This document shows, piece by piece, positions 7,111-13,699 of a stretch of 13,699 bases of DNA. The DNA comes from Armatimonadota bacterium (GTDB lineage Bacteria; Armatimonadota; Hebobacteria; CAIYQO01). Both the position numbers and the translations under genes were made by a program. Under the pieces are notes generated by a model, which saw nothing but the letters and a program-made list of their open reading frames with translations, had not been told where the DNA came from and ran no database searches. Positions within the stretch are counted from its first letter, which is position 1. Each line of letters opens with the position of its first letter. The stretch covers positions 1-13,699 of the forward strand of contig JBBRXO010000071.1 of NCBI GenBank assembly GCA_038248345.1, given 5' to 3'.

Positions 7111-8739
7111 ATGCCTATTACGTCCACAACTACTAATCAGCATCTGGCGCGTATACTCGCAGACCAGAAACTCTTACCGTTAGATATGATCGATCGGATG
7201 GTGACGCGTTCCCGAAGCGCGCATTTATGGTTAGGGCATATCGCAGTAGATGAGCACTTCCTCTCTTACAAGGAGATAGCGTCCGCATACTCGAAAGAAT
7301 TAGGACTCAAACTACTGGAATTGCCAACAATAATGCCTGAATCACGGGCGCTATCGCGCTTAACGAGTGAAGTGTGCCATGAATTTGCCGTAGTTCCCAC
7401 CGAGATGCGCAACGGCAAACTCATCGTAGCAATGGCAAATCCGCTTGATGAATCCACCAAAACAACTTTGACCGGGCAAGCCCATATGCCGATTGGGGTG
7501 ACGGTAGCTGCATTCGATGACATTGAAGCGACCATAGATGCCTGGTACGCGCTAGCCAAGCTTGAGGCGGAAAGCAACGGCCCCGGCGTAATCAAAACTG
7601 GAGTGAGTTATGCTTCAATCCAGCTGGATGATCTACCCGTCCCCAATAAATACAGCCGAGAAAATGAAGATGATGATCCATTAATCCTTGATGACTTACT
7701 CATGAAAATGATGGAGCAACGTGCCAGTGATCTACATCTGGCGGTAGGATCACCCCCGATTATTCGCATTGACGGTGATCTGCAATCTTTGCCCTATGCT
7801 ACTTTGACTCCCACCAGCATTCAACGCATGGTCTATGCAATTCTCACGGATGTACAGATAACCGAGTTTGAACGAAGCTGGGAGTTGGATATGGCCTACA
7901 GTGTAGCGCGTGTCTCCCGCTTCCGCGTAAATGTACATAAACAGCGTGGGTCAATTGGCGCGGTACTCCGCACTATTTCGCTGGACATGCCGACGCTTGC
8001 CGCGCTGAATATGCCACCCGTGGTGAAGGAATTAACTTGCCGTCCGCGTGGTCTGGTGCTGGTGACCGGCCCGACCGGTTCGGGTAAATCCACCACCCTC
8101 GCCGCTATGGTAGATGAGATCAATACCACTCGACGCACACACATTGTGACTGTTGAGGATCCTATTGAATTCCTGCATAACAACAAAATGAGCGTCATCA
8201 CCCAGCGTGAAGTAGGTATGGATACCCAAGATTTTACCATCGCACTCCGGCATGTACTACGGCAAGATCCAGACGTCATCCTCATCGGCGAAATGCGTGA
8301 CTTGGAAACTATCGCCGCCGCTCTTACCGCGGCAGAAACAGGGCATCTCGTCTTCGCAACGCTACATACTACCAGCGCCAGCCAGACGATCGACCGCATC
8401 ATCGATGTGTTTCCACCACACCAGCAGGAACAGGTGCGAAATCAACTTTCCAACGTAATCGAAGGGATCATCACCCAGACTCTCATCCCCCGTGCAGATG
8501 GCAAGGGACGTGTAGCTGCGCAGGAAATAATGCTGGGTATACCCGCCATCCGCAACCTCATCCGCGAGAATAAAGTCCACCAGATGGGCAGTGTGCTACA
8601 ATCCAACGCCAAATATGGAATGCAGACCCTGGACAGCTCGCTGCGCGATTTGCTAAAACGCCGCACTATCACCCTGGAAGAGGCGATACTGAAAGCCTCC
8701 AACCCAGAAGACTTCAAAGCACTGGTGGCAATGCAGTAA
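7111..8739 (+). CDS. pilT: Type IV pilus retraction ATPase PilT with an N-terminal MshEN-like/T2SSE_N extension
   Basis: ASDLHL, Walker A GPTGSGKSTT, Asp box TVEDPIE, LRQDPDVILIGEMRD, His box TGHLVFATLHT, the PilT signature AIRNLIRE, and GMQT. No tetra-Cys motif. About 190 extra N-terminal aa include LIVAMANPLD. Confidence 0.9.
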   Translation: MPITSTTTNQHLARILADQKLLPLDMIDRMVTRSRSAHLWLGHIAVDEHFLSYKEIASAYSKELGLKLLELPTIMPESRALSRLTSEVCHEFAVVPTEMRNGKLIVAMANPLDESTKTTLTGQAHMPIGVTVAAFDDIEATIDAWYALAKLEAESNGPGVIKTGVSYASIQLDDLPVPNKYSRENEDDDPLILDDLLMKMMEQRASDLHLAVGSPPIIRIDGDLQSLPYATLTPTSIQRMVYAILTDVQITEFERSWELDMAYSVARVSRFRVNVHKQRGSIGAVLRTISLDMPTLAALNMPPVVKELTCRPRGLVLVTGPTGSGKSTTLAAMVDEINTTRRTHIVTVEDPIEFLHNNKMSVITQREVGMDTQDFTIALRHVLRQDPDVILIGEMRDLETIAAALTAAETGHLVFATLHTTSASQTIDRIIDVFPPHQQEQVRNQLSNVIEGIITQTLIPRADGKGRVAAQEIMLGIPAIRNLIRENKVHQMGSVLQSNAKYGMQTLDSSLRDLLKRRTITLEEAILKASNPEDFKALVAMQ

Positions 8740-8751
8740 GCGTAAATTGCA

Positions 8752-8783
8752 GGTAGCAGGTGGCACAATTTGCCCCTGCTACC
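8752..8783. terminator. Hairpin between convergent pilT and dehydrogenase genes, probable bidirectional terminator
   Basis: GGTAGCAGG(T)GGCA-caatt-TGCCCCTGCTACC forms a 13-bp stem with one bulge. There is no clear U-tract. Confidence 0.6.
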
Positions 8784-8800
8784 ACTTGCCCCCGTCGGTT

Positions 8801-9742
8801 TCAGTATCCCGCCACTTTATCCACCTGATTCACCAATGCCGCACCGGCTATAAACCGACGCATATTCTCCAGAAATAGTTCGGCTGCATCAATATCATAT
8901 CCGGGATATGAACCAGCGACGTGTGGGGTGATCAGGACATTGGGAAATGTCCACAGTGGATGCCCTGCCGGCAGCGGCTCGGGATCAGTAACGTCGAGCG
9001 CCGCACCACCCAGCCAGCCTGCGGTAAGCGCAGCCACCAATGCGTCGGTATCTATCAATAGCCCACGTCCGATATTCAGCAGGACAGCACCGGGTTTCAT
9101 CACGGCGAGCTCGGCAGCGCTGATTATCCGGCGTGTACGCGCTGTAAGTGGAATGGTGAGCATCACTACATCACATTGTGGCAGCAACTCGTGGAGACGC
9201 TCGGTGGTATAGATTTCGTCAAAAGGCGCAAGGGGTTCATCGTGGACACGCAATCCCAGCACGCGCATGTTAAACGCCTTGCCGATCTCCGCCGCACGGC
9301 GACCGATAGCGCCGGTACCAATAATGCCCAAAGTCTTGCCCGCCAGGATATCAATGCCGCCGATTCGGCTCCATCGTTGCTCCAGTTGCTGGCGATATGC
9401 GCCAGGTAACTGGCGAAAGAGCGACAGCAGCATACCGAAGAGATGCTCTGCTATCGTTTCGCCATGAATGCGCGCATTGGTCAGCAGTGCCGGATGCGCG
9501 ATACCCTCCGGCGTCAGCAATCCCTCTACCCCCGCATAGCTGGTCTGAATCCATTTCAGCTGTTTAGCGAGTGCCCACCAGGTTACCGGCATACGCCCAT
9601 AGAGTATATGCAGCTGTGCGATAAGCTCCGAATGCTCGGTAAGTTGCTGGCTGGTATAGATGCACAGCCCGGGCGCTAGCGCCTGCGCTTGTGCCTCGTA
9701 TCCCGCTGGCAACGGATTCATCAACGCGATATTGTATTGCAT
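8801..9742 (-). CDS. D-2-hydroxyacid dehydrogenase (NAD(P)-dependent, DDH-like)
   Basis: Rossmann motif GIIGTGAIG; catalytic residues in NIGRG (R), LDVTDPEPL (E) and TPHVAG (H). Confidence 0.92.
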   Translation of the reverse strand: MQYNIALMNPLPAGYEAQAQALAPGLCIYTSQQLTEHSELIAQLHILYGRMPVTWWALAKQLKWIQTSYAGVEGLLTPEGIAHPALLTNARIHGETIAEHLFGMLLSLFRQLPGAYRQQLEQRWSRIGGIDILAGKTLGIIGTGAIGRRAAEIGKAFNMRVLGLRVHDEPLAPFDEIYTTERLHELLPQCDVVMLTIPLTARTRRIISAAELAVMKPGAVLLNIGRGLLIDTDALVAALTAGWLGGAALDVTDPEPLPAGHPLWTFPNVLITPHVAGSYPGYDIDAAELFLENMRRFIAGAALVNQVDKVAGY

Positions 9743-9751
9743 AGTACCGCC

Positions 9752-10336
9752 CTACTCTTTCCAGTGCCCGCCTTTGGTATTGAGGAAGTTCTGCAACATC
9801 AACATACCGCTATCGGTGAGGATTGACTCCGGGTGGAATTGTACGCCTTCGATGGTGAATTCGCGATGCCTCACCCCCATGATCTCCCCTTCTTCGGTCC
9901 AGGCAGAACGCTCCAGGCAATCCGGCATGGTAGCCGGGTCGATGAGCAGCGAATGGTAGCGGATGGCGGCGAAAGGATTGGGAAGACCGGCAAAAATACC
10001 GCGGCCATCATGCAATATTGGCGAGGTCTTCCCATGCATCAGTCGCGCTGCGCGCACAACCACCCCGCCAAAGACCTGCCCGATACTCTGATGCCCGAGG
10101 CATACACCCAGGATCGGGATTTTACCCGCAAAAGCCGCAATGGCCGCACAGGATATCCCCGCCTTGCTCGGGTCACACGGTCCTGGCGAGATCACCAGCC
10201 TTTCGGGTGCCAACTCCTGCAGCTCTGCCACTGTCAATTGGTCGTTCCGGAACACCTCCGGCGTCACCCCCAATTGCCCGAAATATTGCACCAGATTGTA
10301 GGTGAAAGAATCGTAATTATCTATCAATACCAGCAT
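9752..10336 (-). CDS. trpG: Anthranilate / aminodeoxychorismate synthase component II (class I glutamine amidotransferase, TrpG/PabA)
   Basis: Motifs [34 protein letters not shown] and QFHPES; GAGGT SD. TrpG and PabA cannot be told apart from sequence. Confidence 0.93.
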   Translation of the reverse strand: MLVLIDNYDSFTYNLVQYFGQLGVTPEVFRNDQLTVAELQELAPERLVISPGPCDPSKAGISCAAIAAFAGKIPILGVCLGHQSIGQVFGGVVVRAARLMHGKTSPILHDGRGIFAGLPNPFAAIRYHSLLIDPATMPDCLERSAWTEEGEIMGVRHREFTIEGVQFHPESILTDSGMLMLQNFLNTKGGHWKE

Positions 10337-10348
10337 TGTGCTACCTCG

Positions 10349-11563
10349 CTATACGCGTAAAAACAGTTTATTCTTATGAAGTACCCAGAGGATGATCCAC
10401 CAGCAGAAGATGAAGGCTATGCTATAACTCCACGCGCCCCAAAAGACGCCGCGCCCCATGCACAGGCTGTTCAATACGTAGTCCTTCACCGAGACCAGGT
10501 AGCCATCACCTAGATTCAGCTTGAATCCGCTGTAGTTAAACCGTCCGAAGAGGTTGGTGAAGCTACTCCCCTCCAATATCCACACTTTGGTAAAGATCGG
10601 CAGGAAGTAGGCGACGATGGCATTGGAACCGAATACTATCAGCGGATATGCCCACCAGCGCCAGCGGAAGCCATCCAGTATCAGCGTAAACAGCGCCAGC
10701 GCCACCGTTCCGGTACCTGCCGCCAGCGTGATATAGGCGGGCGAGAAGAGGATCTTGCTGTAGGGTACGCTGTGGCTCATCACCACGCTCATGACTATGA
10801 GTAAAAATCCGAAGAGCAGCAGGAGTGCCGTAGTCAGCCAGTAATTCTTCTCACTTTTACGTTTGAAGAGAAAGTCGCCGATTAACGTTCCCAATATTGC
10901 CAGCATGCCAGCGGGGAGCATCAGTGCGAAACCACCGAAGGGGATCGTCCTGCCTTCGCGTGCCCCCTGGCTCAACGAGCTGATCATGTACTGCATGAAA
11001 TTGTGGTCTTCGGCCAGCACCCCTGCCCCTACGCCGGGGATAGGATAATGCAGGAAACACCACCAGTAACCGAGGAGCAATGCGATAGTAAAGAGCGCCC
11101 GCCACGGAGTCGGCAGGATATAGAATACCGTTGCCACCAGGTATGCCATGGCGATGACTTCCAGAATCCCCTGTCCAGAGTACACTAACTTATTCTCACT
11201 CAAGGTGATAATTACGCCTAACGCCGCCAGCAACAGCACACGCTGTAGCATCCGTAGTGCAAATAATGCCCAGTGCTTACCGCTTTTTTTGAAGGAAGCG
11301 ATGGCAAAAGGGGTAGCGACGCCCATACAGAAGAGAAACCACGGAAAAACCATGTCGCAAAAGGTGATCATCTGCCCCCACTCGGCATGGCCAAGCTGGG
11401 GATGGCGGATAACCTCCACTTCGATATTATTCACTAGCAACATCAGCGCGATAGTAAGCCCACGAAAGGCATCCAAAGCTTGCAGGCGCACTTTGGGCTC
11501 GGGTTTTGCTGACTTCTCCTCAGTATTTATCTCCGAGCTATCTGCAACTTTTGAACTAGCCAT
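10349..11563 (-). CDS. DUF5009/HGSNAT-family (NagX-like) membrane acyltransferase (start ATG 11563 preferred over 11587)
   Basis: Motifs RLQALDAFRGLTIALMLLVN, HAEW, DMVFPWFLFCMG, KILFSPAY and GSNAIVAY; multiple TM helices; GAGG SD before 11563. Confidence 0.88.
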   Translation of the reverse strand: MASSKVADSSEINTEEKSAKPEPKVRLQALDAFRGLTIALMLLVNNIEVEVIRHPQLGHAEWGQMITFCDMVFPWFLFCMGVATPFAIASFKKSGKHWALFALRMLQRVLLLAALGVIITLSENKLVYSGQGILEVIAMAYLVATVFYILPTPWRALFTIALLLGYWWCFLHYPIPGVGAGVLAEDHNFMQYMISSLSQGAREGRTIPFGGFALMLPAGMLAILGTLIGDFLFKRKSEKNYWLTTALLLLFGFLLIVMSVVMSHSVPYSKILFSPAYITLAAGTGTVALALFTLILDGFRWRWWAYPLIVFGSNAIVAYFLPIFTKVWILEGSSFTNLFGRFNYSGFKLNLGDGYLVSVKDYVLNSLCMGRGVFWGAWSYSIAFIFCWWIILWVLHKNKLFLRV

Positions 11564-11679
11564 GAACAACCTCGCACCTTGCGTCAATCTGTGTAGATAT
11601 ATTTTACACTATTTGGCATTTTGCGACGAATTTCTGTTTAGCAACCAATAGTAAAATGACCAATCGACCGATAATTGAG

Positions 11680-11685
11680 TATAAT
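11680..11685 (+). promoter_or_regulatory. Putative -10 box (TATAAT) for the glmL-like gene
   Basis: Perfect TATAAT ends 9 nt before ATG 11695, in the divergent intergenic region. Confidence 0.45.
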
Positions 11686-11694
11686 ATCCCCATC

Positions 11695-13470
11695 ATGCTA
11701 ACTATCATTGCAACAGATTGCGGTTCTACCACTACCAAGGCTATCCTCATCGAGGGTGATGCCGCTGGCGGCTACCATCTGGTGGCGCGTGGGGAGGCGC
11801 CTACCACGGTGGAGGCCCCCTTCGCAGATGTCACCATCGGCGTGCTCAACGCGGTGGGCGAGCTGGAGGATCTCACCGGGCGACACTTCATCAGCGGCGA
11901 GCGCCTTATCGTACCCAAGGCGGGCGCGGACGGCATGGATATGTACCTGTCTACCAGCAGCGCCGGCGGCGGACTGCAGATGCTGGTGGCCGGGGTGGTG
12001 AAGAGCATGACCGCCGAGAGCGCACAACGGGCGGCGCTGGGCGCGGGGGCGATTGTCATTGATGTGCTGGCGGTGGATGACGGACGCAAAGATTACCAGC
12101 GCGTGGAGCGCATCCGTGGCCTCCGACCCGATATGATCCTGATGGCGGGCGGCACCGACGGTGGGGCCTCGCAGCACCTGCTGGATATGGCGGAGACGCT
12201 GCGCGCCGCTGACCCACGCCCCCGGCTGGGCGAGCAGTATCGCCTGCCGGTGGTCTACGCGGGCAATGTGGAGGCGCGGGCGGGAGTTTCGGCTATCCTG
12301 GAGAACAGCGTGGCGCTGGAGTTTGTGAACAACCTACGCCCGGTGCTGGAGCGCGAGAACCTGGGCCCCGCGCGTGATGCCATACACGAGCTTTTCCTAC
12401 GCCACGTGATGGCGCAGGCTCCCGGCTATGACAAGCTCCTCACCTGGACGAGCGCCCCGGTGATGACCACCCCGCACGCGGTGGGCGAGATGGTGCAGGC
12501 GGTGGCCGCGGTGGAGAAGACCGGCGTGCTGGCGGTAGATATCGGCGGGGCCACCACCGATGTCTTCTCCGTCTTCGGCGGCGTCTTCAACCGCACCGTC
12601 AGCGCCAACCTGGGCATGAGCTACAGCGTTTGCAACGTCCTCTCAGAGGCGGGCACCGATAATATCCTGCGCTGGGTGCCCGATGAGATGGGCGAGTTTG
12701 TGCTGCGCAACCGGCTGCGCAATAAGATGATCCGCCCCACCACCATCCCGCAGACGATGGACGACCTATTAGTAGAGCAGGCAGTGGCGCGCGAGGCGCT
12801 GCGGCTGGCCTTCATCCACCACCAGCAACTGGCCACCGGGCTGAAAGGCGTGCAGCAGGTACGCGACATCGGCTCCGCCTTCAACCAGACGGAGTCCGGC
12901 GCGACGCTGGTGAATATGTTCGAGCTGGGGCTGATCATCGGCTCCGGTGGGGTGCTAAGCCACGCGCCGCGCCGCGCGCAGGCCGCGCTGATGATGATCG
13001 ACGCCTTTCAACCGCTGGGCGTGACGCAACTGGCGGTGGACAGCATCTTCATGATGCCACAACTGGGCGTGCTGGCGCAGGTGTACCCAGAGATCGCCGC
13101 CGAGGTCTTCCGCCGCGACTGCCTCATCCTCCTCGGCCCGTGCATCGCCCCGCAGGGGGAAGTGAAGGAGGGCGAGGAAGTGATGACCGTCACCCTCACC
13201 CCCGCCAATGCCGCCCCCGCCGAGGTGGCCGTAAAAGGTGGCGAACTGCTCCGCCTGCCACTGGGCACGGGTGAGAAGGCGATAATAACCGTAAAACCCG
13301 CCCGCCAGCTGGACATGGGCGCTGGCAAAGGCAAGCCGATAGAGCAGCAAATAACCGGCGGCACGGTAGGCGTGATCCTGGATGCCCGCGGCCGCCCCCT
13401 GGCACACCCCGGCGACAAAAGCCGGTTGCATACGTGGTTGAAAGCGGTGGGGGCGGAGGGGTCTGTCTGA
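11695..13470 (+). CDS. Long-form glutamate mutase L (GlmL/MutL)-like ASKHA-family ATPase (start ATG 11695 preferred over 11656)
   Basis: Phosphate-1 motif ATDCGSTTTK, APTTVE, STSSAGGGL, AGGTDGG, YAGN, phosphate-2 motif VDIGGATTDVFS, RTVSANLGMSYS and GSGGVLSH. Confidence 0.85.
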   Translation: MLTIIATDCGSTTTKAILIEGDAAGGYHLVARGEAPTTVEAPFADVTIGVLNAVGELEDLTGRHFISGERLIVPKAGADGMDMYLSTSSAGGGLQMLVAGVVKSMTAESAQRAALGAGAIVIDVLAVDDGRKDYQRVERIRGLRPDMILMAGGTDGGASQHLLDMAETLRAADPRPRLGEQYRLPVVYAGNVEARAGVSAILENSVALEFVNNLRPVLERENLGPARDAIHELFLRHVMAQAPGYDKLLTWTSAPVMTTPHAVGEMVQAVAAVEKTGVLAVDIGGATTDVFSVFGGVFNRTVSANLGMSYSVCNVLSEAGTDNILRWVPDEMGEFVLRNRLRNKMIRPTTIPQTMDDLLVEQAVAREALRLAFIHHQQLATGLKGVQQVRDIGSAFNQTESGATLVNMFELGLIIGSGGVLSHAPRRAQAALMMIDAFQPLGVTQLAVDSIFMMPQLGVLAQVYPEIAAEVFRRDCLILLGPCIAPQGEVKEGEEVMTVTLTPANAAPAEVAVKGGELLRLPLGTGEKAIITVKPARQLDMGAGKGKPIEQQITGGTVGVILDARGRPLAHPGDKSRLHTWLKAVGAEGSV

Positions 13471-13507
13471 ACCCAGATTTTTGGGATTTTAAGGATTTTC
13501 CTGATAA
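13464..13507 (+). repeat. 44-bp dispersed repeat with 9-nt periodicity (same family as the arms at 3913-4042)
   Basis: Sequence TGTCTGAACCCAGATTTTTGGGATTTTAAGGATTTTCCTGATAA, with GAT at 13476, 13485, 13494 and 13503. The first 17 nt are identical to the reverse complement of 4026-4042. Confidence 0.8.
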
Positions 13508-13531
13508 CGTGCCGATAGCACGCAGTTGCCC

Positions 13532-13660
13532 GTACCCCGCGCCCGCCGTGGCGCGTATTTGTATCTGTAGCCCGCGCCCGCCGTGGCGCGTATTTGTATC
13601 TGTAGCCCGCGCCCGCCGTGGGGCGTATTTGTATCTGTAGTCCGCGCCCGCCGTGGCGCG
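13532..13660 (+). repeat. 35-bp tandem repeat x3.7 of GTAG-type REP-like palindromes
   Basis: Consensus GTAGCCCGCGCCCGCCGTGGCGCGTATTTGTATCT, with units at 13532, 13567, 13602 and 13637 (partial). Each unit is GTAG + 2 nt + a CGCGCC/GGCGCG stem with a 6-nt loop. Confidence 0.85.
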
Positions 13661-13699
13661 GAGTGGGAATGGGGGCGGGTCTCGGATGACAAACGCGCG

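Noticed and set aside
7111..8739. PilB/GspE extension ATPase
   Set aside because: It has the AIRNLIRE PilT signature and lacks the tetracysteine Zn-binding insertion.
11695..13470. DNA mismatch-repair MutL
   Set aside because: Name clash only: the motifs are ASKHA/actin-like (GlmL), not GHKL ATPase.
13532..13660. CRISPR array (35-bp palindromic repeats)
   Set aside because: The units are directly adjacent with no unique spacers, and no cas genes are in the window.
13434..13692. Short ORFs 13434-13640 (+) and 13489-13692 (-)
   Set aside because: They are translations of the non-coding repeats, with no RBS or protein-like features.

Overview
Bacterial chromosomal window; the repeat domain at the start of the large ORF weakly suggests Armatimonadota (inference only). 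It opens inside a large, 5'-truncated modular surface/secreted protein with 145-aa repeats, 7 IPT/TIG domains and two FGE-sulfatase/CLec-fold domains. Next on the + strand come ribF, a small membrane protein, argF, a membrane-anchored Amidase_2 and a PilT ATPase carrying an extra PilB/GspE-type N-terminal domain. A convergent minus-strand group follows (DUF5009/NagX-like acyltransferase, trpG/pabA, D-2-hydroxyacid dehydrogenase), then a divergent orphan long-form GlmL/MutL-like ATPase. The most notable unannotated structure is non-coding. A 44-bp element with 9-nt periodicity occurs as an inverted pair at 3913-4042 (MITE/REPIN-like) and again at 13464-13507. That last copy is followed by a 35-bp tandem array of GTAG-hairpin (REP-like) units. 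The first FGE domain ends in an NNC-rich segment resembling a DGR variable region, but no RT or template repeat is in the window. Several genes look leaderless.
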